Below, in pieces: positions 52,201 to 64,000 of a stretch of 64,000 bases of DNA. Origin of the DNA: Takakia lepidozioides (Eukaryota; Plantae; Bryophyta); NCBI GenBank assembly GCA_030704615.1, contig CM060732.1, positions 35,960,001-36,024,000 of the forward strand, read 5' to 3'. Numbering within the stretch: position 1 is the first letter of the stretch; each line of letters starts with the position of its first letter. A program made the translations under genes and the position numbers. Under the pieces are notes generated by a model. It was not told where the DNA came from and ran no database searches. It saw only the letters and a list, made by a program, of their open reading frames with translations.

Positions 52201-54749
52201 GTAGTCCTCTTGCGCTCATCCAAGTATAATGTTTTTATTTATTTTATCTCGACAACTGTCAAGAAATCATTTGCCGTATATGTTGACTGAAATAATTCAA
52301 TTTATTTTCGAGGTTATTAATAAGTCAAGATTTTCTTCAACCAATTCAAATTGCTCCACATGTCATTTACGGATGACATGTATACTTAGTACATGTCCTT
52401 TTTTTTGCACCCCCATGGCTATTACATAAATACGACATAAAAACTGACGTGATGTAATGTCAGCATTAGGTCCAATGTGATCTGACGCCTATAACCCTAC
52501 GTTTATTTATGGATGTTAATGCATATGTCAGCGATAACTGCACATATTAGATGACAGATATATTACTTTAAAATTATAATATTTATCGATCGCATATAGA
52601 TATGAATGTCAAATAAGTTAAGGAAATTATTTAACCATCCGCAACTTGTTAGATATGGTTGGTTAAGAAACCATAACCCCTGAGTGCGTCCAGTAGCTTC
52701 ACCTCTCGTGCTCTACTTTACAACCAATCAAATTATTTATGACACATGGAAACAACTCAATGACAATCTTACCCCACCTCATCCTTACAAATTGAAGTCT
52801 GAAAAAGCACCAACACTTTCAACCTAAAATTCATCATGTCATGTAGCATATGTGTGAGAATAGTACTCGGCGAGGAAATGATGTGACAGCAAAGAAGTCT
52901 TCGACACTTTGTCAAACTTCAGCCAGAACAACTGAACATTCACCAAGTATGGGCACTAGCGTTCAGTTCCTTGAGAGTACTTTAAGAGAGGAGGCAGACC
53001 CGCAAGGAAGAAAACCGCTTACACGTTCTTATAAGAACCTTACACGTTCTCATACTGTAATTACCGTTCTTATTTATCGTTCTTATACGATATTTATCGT
53101 TCATATAGTATACTTTCCGTTCCTATAGTCTTAAACCCTATGCCCTACCCCTTGTCTCGGCACTGTTTGAGCTTCTCTCGTTTTGGAATCAAGAGATCGA
53201 GTGACGGTTTTCTTACTCTCGATTTCCGATGGACGGTATGCTCGGTGACCTAATGACAAATGCTCTATCTTCACTCTGCACGAAGAGGTGGACCATTGAG
53301 GATGTTTGACAACTGAGGGACATGATTCGGTAGCTATATCGGGTACCTTGCAAGACAAATGTGATTTGGTTCATTATTCTTTTGCTAAGAAAAAGGTTTG
53401 GGATACAATGGCGGTTGCTCTGAGTGGGAAGCGTGCTGAACTAAAAAAAACTCTATTTTGAGAATAAAAATACTCCGACAAAGGTAGGTCATCATCAATT
53501 TCGGAAAAAAATTGAATGATTATTCTTAAAGTGTTCATTTATCCGGACAATGATATTCAAGATGAAATGATGAAGAATGTACAAGGGTGCGTTCAAAACC
53601 CTTCGAAAGTTGGGAGAGCTGGATATGCAGCCTAGTTGCACATGTCACGTCCATCAAGTTACGTCGCATCGTGTCAGAATTAACGTCAACGCATGTCGCA
53701 ACCTACTTCAACCTATTTAATAAAATTAAATATATATGAGGGATAAAAAAAATGCCACATCGTATTGATTAACACGTTGACATATTAACAACATCGTAAT
53801 TAATTAAAAATTTAAAAAATAAATACAACTGTCAGTATATATATATATATTATTTGATTTATTTTAATGATGGGTTAGCTGTCATGTATTTAAGCTTACA
53901 TGAAATTCTGTGGCAAATGGAAGTGAAGCATCAATCGTGTTTCACACTAGCGCTGCCACAACTGCTACTGCTAACACAAGGGTCTGGCCGTCGTTTTAGG
54001 ACTCAATGATTTTTTTATTTTGTTACGCATTGATCCCTTTTTTGTCTCTGAAGTTTTATGTTAGCATACGACCAGCCAGGCCAGAAAGACGCTCCCGCAC
54101 ACGTACTAGAAATAGTGTCTATGTGCGATCCATAGTTGTCATGTTATCCTTCAGCAATAGCAGCAGCCCCTCGAGCCAGCTAGTGGTATCACCCTCATCC
54201 CAACCCTACCAACAGGAAGCCGGCCTAGTGGTGGTGAGGGACAGCAATTTGCCACAACACCGGTCAGAACGCGATTGTCCTCCTCAGCAGCCATATATCT
54301 CCGACCCTCTCCCATATGACCTTTTGCTTACGCATGAAGATCAAACCGAGGTGCACACTCCCAACACCGTTTTTCTTCCACTCCACCTTTCTGGCTTCGC
54401 TTGTCCAGTCCCATAGAAGTTACCTCACCACCGGATTCTCTACCTCGCTCAAGCATTAACGGGTCCATGCTCACCCTCCTTTTGCCCTTGGATCTTTCAT
54501 TTTGTCAACTCCTCCAGCTACGCCACCCCCTCCCACGGCTCCACCCAGTCCACAACCACCAGTTATTCTTGCGATCGTTTTTTCGCCCGAATCAGAGGTT
54601 TGGCTCGCCACCAACGCACTTACACAGCTTTTCGGCAAGCTAACCATGAAGGTTCTTCTGTGGCCACTCCCCTCAGTGTCTTGCAAGCTCCCCCTCCATA
54701 TTCCACTGCATGGAAGTGGCGCTCCTCATTGGATGTAGTTGGAGCTAGC

Positions 54750-57545
54750 TTTTCATTTGGGATTGCCCCATCCCCGCCTCTACACGCATCCTGGTGGCCC
54801 TTCGTCAAGAGGTCCAACATTGCTTTCGCATGCCTTTAGACAAACTGGCCCAGGGTCCTGCTGATGTGACTACGTGATATCTTCTTCTGTTGTTTGCCTA
54901 GTGGTACTTGGTCCTGCCACCACGTGGTAGCGAAGTTGGTCATATAGAGACTCGTACCCGGCTTCGACATTTTTTCTCGCGAGAGACTGGGAGAATCTTC
55001 AAGAAGAGCATTATATCCGGGCACAAGCCCTGGCAGCACGTGCTCGTGCACCTGATACTTCATCACCATCATGCTCTTCTGCTCACAGACGCTTTGGCAC
55101 ACCCTCATGCTGGGACGGGTAGGCGAGATTCCCGTGCAGCTCGCGCTCTTACACCATTTGTTCCCGTCCTACTTTCTACAGACACTATTTGCCGCTCTGC
55201 AGGCTCTCCATTCTAAGCAGACAACATCCTTCCAGCTTTTGTCGATGACTTTGAGCCGGATCAAGACCTTCAGCTAGTTCTCTCTCTGTTCACCGCTAGG
55301 CTTTTATCCGCAGTCCGCATTTTTCCGCACTAGGACCATTTGGTATGTTATACGAACACTGTGGGTGATTGTTTTTCTTCACAAGACTCTGCTAGTGGCT
55401 TCTCCCAACTGTTTGAAGTCTGTTCCTACATCGCCGTTGGCCGCATCCCTACTCCAGTGGCACGTCTTCTCGGAGGCTCCTGACAGTTACTAGCTATGAC
55501 CAAACACTCTGGAAAAACATCCGTCCCATGTGTCATCGGGGAAGTTTTGTATTGTCTTGTTAGCCATTTCCTTGTCATGCAATACCGTGATGCATGCTCT
55601 ACCCATCTCTCCCCACATCAATTTGGCGTCGCTACTCCAGACGGTTGTGAGGCTGTGGTACATAGGATTCGGGTGATTTCGACCTAATTCACATATCTCG
55701 GTTGGACTCGTAGTGGACTCGGTAGCATGGACTCGGTTGTGTTTCCAATCGATGTAGCAAACGCCTTCAACTCCGTGACCCGCAGCGCCATCTTCCAAGA
55801 ACTTCGCTCTGCTGGAAGGGATTTCCATCAACCCATCCCTTTTGTCAAATTGTTTTATGCATCTGCTGCCCCTCTTTTTTACAGTTACCATGATACTTGT
55901 ATAGACGACACGTGATATGATGATACTTTGGAATGACCTTTGTTTGCCATGCCACATCTGCGCACCCTTATGTCATCTGCAACATCATTCCCAACTTGTC
56001 AGTTCCTCTTAGTTGCTGACGACTCTCACATCATACTTCATTGGCCCAGTCTCCAAGGTGCTCCCAATGTACAACCACTTCACCGCTCAGTTTCAGGATG
56101 TGGGGCTATCGGTTCAACCTCGCAAGTGTATTGCATGGTCTCTAGCCGCCTTGCCCCCAGACTTTGTCCCTCCCGCACACTTCATCACAACATCTGACGA
56201 CATTCGCATCTTGGGCATCCCCTTCGATACCACCTCTTTCACTTCCTCTTTCTTGGAGAATGCCTTGATCATGATGTCATTCATTTCGATCCTCATTCCT
56301 CGCCTCGGGGACCTACATGTAGCCTATGGCATCCTAACAGAATGCTTTATCCAGCGGCCATCATGTCTTCTCAGGACTTTCCTTCCTATTCTTGAGTTTT
56401 TGCGGTTATCATTATGGTTTGATGCTACCATCATGAATATCTTTGTTTGTTTTCTGGGACTGGGGACTTTGGATGGATCCAAGGGAAGCGGTGAATGCTA
56501 GAAGTCTGGCCCTGTGAGCCTGTGAGTCTGGGTAGACTCACGTTTTGGCACGCGATTTTTCGGGCCCATAATAACAGACTGGCACCTATTTCCGCAAATA
56601 GACGTGCAAACATGTGCATATTAGGGAAACCCTCATTTTTTCCACTAATAGTACATAGAAACTGAACAAAACACAACGCTCCAGAAGGTGTTCAACGATT
56701 GAAGTTCCCCACACCTACACTATAACCTGTTAGCCTAAGTTAAAAATAAAAATAAGAATTATGTACATCCTTTTGCGGATGGCCTCATGCAGCTAAGGCC
56801 AAAATAAAAATAAAAAATAAAAAATCCTAGGTCAAGTCCATGATTGTTCGCAAAGGAGGCAGATGGACGTATATAAGGCCATTGGTTTTTTCTTGCTTTA
56901 CATATATACATTTGCCTCGATCGTGAACGATCGTGGATTTGGCCTCATGCAGCTAAGGTTTTTTTTTTTTTTTTTTTTGGGCCTTATATACATCTATTTG
57001 TCTCCATCGTGAACATGCAGATGTTCGGAACCATGATCGTGAACGATCATGGTAGCACTACCTTCTGCAGTGTTGTGAAAAATATGTGTGTGCATTTATA
57101 GTGAAAAAAGTAAGAGTCTATCTGTTTACAATATTTTTGTCAGTTAGACGATTTCCCGTAGTATTATGTTTTCGTTTGTCTGACCTCGAGTATAGGTCCT
57201 CTTTCTTTGCACGACCACCCTGCGCTCACGTTCTGGAGGGAAAGCGTGAGCCTGGGCTCGTGTTTTTGTGGGTGAAGCGTGAGCCTAGCTCACATGTTCA
57301 CAGGGCTAGGTTCACACGTAGCTGCGCTGGCCAACAAGCTATCATTCCCATATCCTCGGAGGTGTAGGCTTGCTCTCCACAATCAGCACTTCCCCCTCCG
57401 CATTTTTGGGCAGCTGGGCATTGATCGCCCCTGCCCTTGCATCCCCTTTCTGTACAGTCAATGACCCCTGGTTCATGTCAGTTCACTGACACCTAATTCC
57501 CTTTCCAACAACATCTTCGTTCTGCACGAGTTCTTCGTCAGGTAC
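54750..57545 (+). mobile_element. Degenerate CRE-clade-like non-LTR retrotransposon, interrupted at about 56.5-57.3 kb
   Basis: LLAMTKHSG, IGEVLYCLVS, HLSPHQFGVATPDGCEAVVH, IDVANAFNSVTRSAIFQEL, ADDSHI, IRILGIPF; resumes near 57330 with QQAIIPISS..G..SAFLGSW. Confidence 0.75.
56507..57308. mobile_element. TIR-bounded non-autonomous insertion within the CRE-like element
   Basis: Imperfect inverted ends TGGCCCTGTGAGCCTGTGAG / CTCACATGTTCACAGGGCTA; internal duplicated GGCCTCATGCAGCTAAGG; no TSD recognised. Confidence 0.5.
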
Positions 57546-57599
57546 CAGCATAAGCGGGTGATGATAGTAGACATCCTTTCAATGGGACGGGCATAATGT

Positions 57600-58040
57600 T
57601 GGTCATGCTATCTAAATGAGAAATGAGAAATAGAAGATGTCTTACATATTTCCTCATTAACCAAGAACCTACTTTATGTGATAAATATAGTTGTAGCTGG
57701 ATATAATGTATTATTCAAAAACAGTCAAAGTTGAAGGAAATGTCGTAGCAAAAGCTATAAAGGTAAACGATTTGTAAAAGTTACACATTCATAATACAAT
57801 TAGAAGAGCGGAGTCAGAAAAGACTATCTCAGATACAAAACTGTGGCATAGAAGGTAGCTATGGCATATTAGCACTAAAAAACTCAAACAATTGAAAGAA
57901 TTAAACCTAGTGGAAGGGCTCCTTTTAAAGGAGGTGGAACATACTAAGCTTTGCAAGGGTTGTATAGAAGACAAGCAACGCAGACAACAGTTCTTGAAGG
58001 GCGGAGGTCAACGTGCAAAGACTCTATTAAAGATTGTACA
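57600..58040 (+). mobile_element. Ty1/Copia remnant (GAG-pre-integrase region)
   Basis: LWHRR*..H...KELNLVEGL...LCKGCIEDKQRRQQF..RAKTLLKIV matches the Copia pre-integrase HHCC region. Confidence 0.7.
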
Positions 58041-58089
58041 GGGGATAGGCATTATGGGAAATGAAATGGTACTTTATAATGTCCGGGGA

Positions 58090-59475
58090 AGTTTTATAGG
58101 GCCCACCCCCGAAAGGGGGGCAGTAGCCACAAGGCGAAGTGGCTCTTAGTTACCCCAGCTTCGGTCGAAGTCATCTCTCTGTCTGGGGAAATCTTATGGG
58201 ACAAAATGCAAAAAACAAGATAGAGGAGACAAAACCAGAGCCAGCCCAAAAACAATTATTGCTCAAGGGATAGTCTAAGGGTGAAGGCCTTGTGCAGGTA
58301 AGCTGCCAAGCATTTTTTATCCTCATAGTGGAAGACTTCAGTGAGAGATTGAGTTAGCTGATGCAAACTAGAATGTGGGAGAGTGGATAATCAGACCCAC
58401 GCGTTCATTTGATTTGATAATCTCAATTTCCTATGGTTGAAGATGAATCTGCGGTCCGCCTGGCCATTGAAAACCATGATCTTAGTTTTGCTAAGATTGA
58501 CTTGTAGCCCGTAGTCTTCGGAGAACTCTTCCAAGATGCGAAGATTGCATTGCAGGAATACAAGAGATTGTGCCAAGAGGGCAACATCATCATCAGCGTA
58601 GAGGTTCCCTGATTTCTTTCCCAACCTTATTATGATTTCCTTTGTCTTATCTCTAACCATCCGATTTGGTGGGACCATATAGATGTCCTTTTAACTTAGC
58701 TCTTTCTTTTTCTCAAGCGTTCCTTTTGGTCCCTCCTTAAACCTCACAGAGTCTCACCCCCAATCACTGACATTCACGTCTGGCATGAGTATGCTCAGTC
58801 ATTGTATCACTCCCAAGCCAATCTCCCTTTCCCATAACCTCCTACACTTCTCTCTCTTCACTACAGCCAATGTCAGCAAGGCAAGGAGTTACAAAATGGC
58901 AGGGCATTGGATATATCAGGGCTACAAAGTGAATTCATCAAACACGCGGCAACAACTTTGGCCCCATTTATAGCACACCTCTTCAGCCACATGGCCTTCC
59001 AACAGAGTGGACAAAGAGCATCATCCACCCCCTCTTCAAGAGCGGTGACAGACTCGCACCGACCAACTATCGCACAATTATGGTGTCTTCGTTACTGGCT
59101 AAACTGTTTGGGGCAGTAGTGGCCCTGGAACTGGATGATTGGGCTGAATCCTCTCACATGCACTCTTGACCACATTTTCACTCTTCAGACTATGGTAGAA
59201 CATGCAAGCTATGACCAACAAAATTGTGTATGTTTGCTTCGTAGACTTCCGAAAGGCTTCTGATTCGGTTCCTCGAGACCTCCTTTTTCGATGGCTCCAT
59301 AGGGTGGGAGTCCCTCCGGACATCCTCTTCCATGTATGAGATTGTCATTGGCATGGTCAACGTCGCGGGGGAATTTTCAGCAGAGGTGCATAGCGACATT
59401 GGGGTCATACAGGGCTACCCCCTCTCACCTACCGTTTTCGGGATCTACATTGACGCTTTGGAGGGTTACATCTTA
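58090..59475. mobile_element. RTE-like LINE remnants in two opposite orientations
   Basis: Plus strand 58860-59475: PLFKSGD..PTNYRTIMV, LDHIFTL, VCFVDFRKASDSVPR, IGVIQGYPLSPTVFGIYID. Minus strand 58605 leftwards: LYADDDVALLA..GLQVNLSKTKIMVF, followed by a structured 3'-UTR-like segment near 58100-58150. Confidence 0.8.
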
Positions 59476-60210
59476 AAAACCATGGAGTTGGGGTGCCATT
59501 GGATGGGGGACCAACACAATCAGAACCTGTCTCTCCCAGCTTGTGGGACATGAGAAGATCACTCCCTTTATGCAACACTCACCTGGCACACTGTTTGTGC
59601 AGGAAATGTAACAACTTCTTCTCGTACTGCAAACACGTGCATCCCACAGGCTTGTGGCTGTGAAATTGTGGGAGGGTTTGCCATGTGCAATGGTGGGCTC
59701 ATGCAAATGCACTTTGGCCACCTACAGCGTTCAGCCAGAAACACAACCAGAAAACACAAAAAGGGCCAGAGAAACTCTCCTTGGAGCTTAACACAATTAG
59801 TGGGCCACATATCTACGGTTTGCAGAAACCTCCTTTGGCAAACCTCCCTCATCTTGCCGTTGTAAGTAGGCACGCAGTGGGAGCAGCTTGGGAGGTTATG
59901 CCATGACTGGGCGAAGCATGTATCTCTCTCTCTCTGTTCAAGACACGAATATGCAGTCCAACAACCATGTCTGTCAGGAGTTAAAGCAGCAGCGTAGGCA
60001 TCCACAGTTTGCTGTCTAGCCTGATCTAGACCACCTTGTACATCAACAGTTGATACCTCTAACCAAATTGCAGTTTGTTAAGTGGGGCATATCACTGTTC
60101 TAGACAGAGTTTCCACCTTGTCGCTAACTAGGGAATGGTGAATGCACAGGCAGCTGCACGTTTTAATGAATGAAGCAAACACACTCACACCTGACAAGAC
60201 AAACATCGTT

Positions 60211-63200
60211 TCACCAGTACTCCCCGCAAGAACAAACCCCATCTTGGAAGTGGTGAAAGCGGTTCGCATCGCGTACAACAATTGCTCTCCCAACAATTTT
60301 TGAGATGCACATGGTGGCTGTGTGGCAGTCACCACACACCCGAAGATTCTTGATGATATGAAGAGGCGTCCCAGGGGCTGTGCTAATCAGCCCAAAAGCA
60401 ATAGCCAGCTTCTCACTGTGGTGGCAAAGAGAAAATTTCTTTTGCTCCTCCTCCCACTCATGTAATACAAAGCGTGTGTCAGGCACATCCTGCCTCCACC
60501 ATCTGCCCAGACAATCTTCTCAGCTCAGCATGGATTTCCTCAATTTGTGGATGCAATTTGTCATCTACCACAAATGTGTGCACCCCATCGTGGGCCTCAA
60601 TGCAGCAACCACCTGGCTCCTGTCTGACACCTCTGACCTTCATCATCTTTCTCACTTTTGCGGTATCGTCCCACCTGCCAGCTGCAGCATAGATGTTTGA
60701 AAGTAACACGTAAGTTGCTGTGTCCTGTTGATCCCACTTGAGAATACATTTTGCCATGCGCTCTGCCACTTGTACATTGCCATGAATTCTGCAGGCACCA
60801 AGCAAAGCTTTCCACACCACAGCGCAAGGTTTGATTGGCATTTTGTTAATGAAGTCCTCTGCCTCATTCAAGCACCCTGCACGGCCAAGAAGGTCCACCA
60901 TGCAGCCAAAGTGCTCCACTGTAGGAGTAAGGCCATGATCTTGACTCAGGAAAACAAAGTAGTGTCTGCCTTCATCCACTAGGCCCCCATGGCTACATGC
61001 AGAGAGAACACCTATAAAGGTGACACTGTTCGGCTTCAAGCCTTCCTTTAGCATATCTTCAAATAGTTCCAGGGCCTCCCTACAACAACCATGCTGGGAA
61101 TATCCAGTGATCATCGCATTCCATGAGACCACATCGCGTTTAGCCATACAGTCAAACACTCCCTTTGCATCCTCGATGCTCCCACATTTGGCATACATGT
61201 CCATGAGGGTGTTGTTCAGATTGATATTTGGTACAATTCCAGCTCTCATGATGTCAGCATGGACCTGCCTGCCCTTTTCAAGAGATGCAAGGCTGGCACA
61301 CGCATTGCAAACGCAAACGAACGTGACCTGGTCGGGCTTCACACCTTCCCACATCAATTGCTCATACGTCTCCAGGGCCTGCATCCCACAACCATGCTGG
61401 GCATATCCTGCAATCATTGCACTCCATGACACCACATTTCGTTCAGCCATATTGTAAAATACTGCCTTTGCATCCTCCATGCTCCCACACCTGGCATACA
61501 TGTGCACGAGGGTAGTGCTCAGGATAATATCTGGCACAATTCCAGTTTTCAAGATGTCAGCATGCACCTCTTTGGCTTTGTCCAGGGCTGCCAAGCTGGC
61601 ACATGCATTGCAAATGCAAACAAACGTGACCTTATTCGGCTTCACCCCTTCCCGCATCATTTGCACATAGGTCTCCAAAGCCTCCATCCCACACCCATGC
61701 TGGGTATATCCTGTGATCATTGCACTCCAGGAGACCACATTTCGTTTCGCTATATTGTCAAAAACTCCCTTTGCATCCTCCATGCTCCCACATTTGGCAT
61801 ACATGTCAACAAGGGTGTTGCCCAGGATAATGTCTGGTATAATCCCAACTTTTATGATGTCAGCATGGACCTCTTTGCCCTTTTCCAGAACTGCCAGGCT
61901 GGCACATGCATTGCAAACACAAACGAACGTAACCTGATCAGGATTCACCCCTTCCTGCATCATTTGCCGATAGGTATCCAGAGCCTCCAGTCCACATCTA
62001 TGCTCAGCATATCTTGCAATCATTGCATTCCATGACACCACATTTCGTTCAGCCATACTGTCAAACACTTCCTTTGCATCATTGATGCTCCCACATTTGG
62101 CATACATATCCACAAGGGTAGTGTTTAAGATGATATTTGCCACAATTCCAGATTTGATAATGTCAGCATGCACCTGTTTGGCTTTTTCCAGGGCCCCCAG
62201 GCTGGCACAGGCATTGCAAATGCAAACAAATGTGACCTGATTGGGCTTCACCTTTTCCCGCATCATTTGCTCATAGGTCGCCAAAGCCTCCTTGCCACAC
62301 CCATGCTGGGCATACCCTGTGATCATCACATTCCATGACACCACATCTCGTTCAGGCATATTGTCAAACACTCCCTTTGCATCCTCCATGCTCCCGCATT
62401 TGGCATACATGTCTGTGAGGGTATTGTCCAGAATGATATCTGGTACAATTCCAGCTTTCATGATGTCAGCATGAACCTTTTTGCCCTTTTCCAGAGCTGC
62501 CAGGCTGGAACAGGCATTGCAAACGCAAACAAACGTGACCTGGTTGGCCTTTACCCCTTCCCGCTTCATTTGCTCATAGGTCTCTAAAGCTTCCATCCCA
62601 CACCCATGCTGGGCATATCCTGTGATCATCGCATTCCATGACACCACACTTCGTTCAGCCATCTTTTCGAACACTACCTTTGCATCCTTGATGCTCCCGC
62701 ATTTGGCATACATGTTGACGAGGGTAGTGTCCAAGATGATGGTTGGCACAATTCCAGCTTTCCTGATGTCAGCATGGACCTCCTTGCCCTTTTCCAGAGC
62801 TGGCAGGCTGGCACAGGCATTCAAAACGCAAACGAATGTGACCTGGTCAGGCTTCACCCCTTCCAACATCATTTGCTCATAGATGTTCAAAGCCTCCATC
62901 CCACACCCGTGCTGGGCATATCCTCCGATCATTGCACTCCATGAAAACAGATCTCGTTTACCCATATTACTAAAGACTTCCTGTGCATCATTGATGCTCC
63001 CGCATTTGGCATACATGTTGATGAGGGTTGTGTCCAGGATGACATCTGGTACAATTCCAGCTTTCATGATGTGAGCGTGGACCTCTCTGCCCTTTCTCAG
63101 GTCAGCCAGGCTGGCACATGCCTTGAGAACCCAAATGAACGTGACCTGGTTAGGTGTCACCCCTTCCTGAATCATTTGCTCAAAGGTCTCCAGAGCCTCC

Positions 63201-63586
63201 CTAAAGTATCTGCGCTTGGCACATGCTGCTATCACTATATTCCACGTAGTCAAACCTCGTTCAGGCATTTTGTCGAACACTAGGCGTGCATCCACAATGC
63301 TCCCGCACTTAGCATGCATGTTGATGAGGGTGTTGTGTAGAAAGATGTCTGGCTTGAATCCACTTTGGATGATGTGGGCATGCACCTGGTTTCCCTCTGC
63401 TAGGCCTTTCCTCTTGATGCACTCCTTCAAGAGACAGACATAGGTTTTGGAAAGCTCGAGGTTTTTCTCGCCAATGGTCTTGCCCTCATTCACAGCCACC
63501 ACTTCGCCACGTGCGGAACACCTCAAACGCCGCCAATGCTTTAAAGGAAGCTTCATTTCACCAATGTCGGCTGCTATTTTGCACAT
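60211..63586 (-). CDS. PLS-class PPR protein with E domain; DYW deaminase domain (ending EYW) out of frame after a 2-bp deletion
   Basis: Open frame to 60479 with 8 PLS triplets of about 101 aa ([23 protein letters not shown]) plus E1/E2. The DYW part 60211-60486 has [20 protein letters not shown] and [12 protein letters not shown]. In-frame ATGs at 63586 and 63556; a short upstream exon from ATG 63933 would splice in frame. Confidence 0.9.
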
Positions 63587-64000
63587 CCACAAACTCCAAT
63601 ACAGAATTCTACAGCAGGAAAATCGACACACACACAAACAAACCTTGCGGCTTAGTCTGAGGAGTGCTGGGGACCAGATTGCCGCCGATAGTTTTCTCTC
63701 CAACTGTCTGGATGTTGATAGGGACACAATCACCCAAGGGCTTCAGAGCTGTGAAATTCGCTGTTGCAGCCCTTAGGCCAAGGCACCCCCTTGGCAAAGA
63801 AGGGAAGAATGTCTGCAAACTTCCGACTTGCACCGGGCAGATGTCGCCCTCAGTCCCTTGAGAGACCCCATTCCAAGGTATGAACTCACCGCCGATCCCA
63901 GCTGTGGCTTCCATCTCTTCTCCGAATCTGCATCTAGTTGTTGCAACAGTAACTACACACAAGATCAACAGACAAGAATTGGTTAGCCGTAAAGCTCAAT

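Noticed and set aside
58095-58150. Possible self-cleaving ribozyme
   Set aside because: Two hairpins are present, but no hammerhead, twister or HDV core was recognised; treated as LINE 3' structure.
59568-60005. 145-aa ORF downstream of the PPR gene
   Set aside because: No recognisable domain and no splice support.
61020-63443. Repeated plus-strand ORFs (MLPHLAYM...)
   Set aside because: They are antisense shadows of the PPR repeats.

Overview
Eukaryotic nuclear DNA from a land plant, most likely a non-seed plant. That lineage call is inferred from the long regular PLS-DYW PPR genes, the CRE-type retroelement and the intron sizes. Host genes: a 12-exon ABCF ATPase with a probable plastid transit peptide (12047-18117 +); a large multi-exon gene of the At3g03560/At5g08440-like uncharacterised family (20994-33725 +); an intronless BTB/POZ-MATH gene with one in-frame TAA (40742-41956 -); two paralogous PLS-DYW PPR loci (a decayed pseudogene at 35.3-37.6 kb and a near-intact copy at 60.2-63.6 kb whose DYW domain is shifted out of frame); and an NPF/PTR gene remnant. 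The mobile elements are unusually diverse: a Mutator-like element with a SWIM transposase and convergent Ulp1-like gene, a TTAA-flanked piggyBac-type non-autonomous element, a hAT MITE with 8-bp TSD, tRNA-like SINEs, an intronic RTE/RTEX-like LINE, a deleted Ty3/Gypsy with TSD, and CRE, Copia and RTE remnants. The most notable item is a DUF3504/Crypton-type tyrosine-recombinase element (about 42.3-45.4 kb) with inverted repeats, hairpins and a tandem array of palindromic candidate recombination sites. All family assignments come from recalled motifs; no database searches were run.
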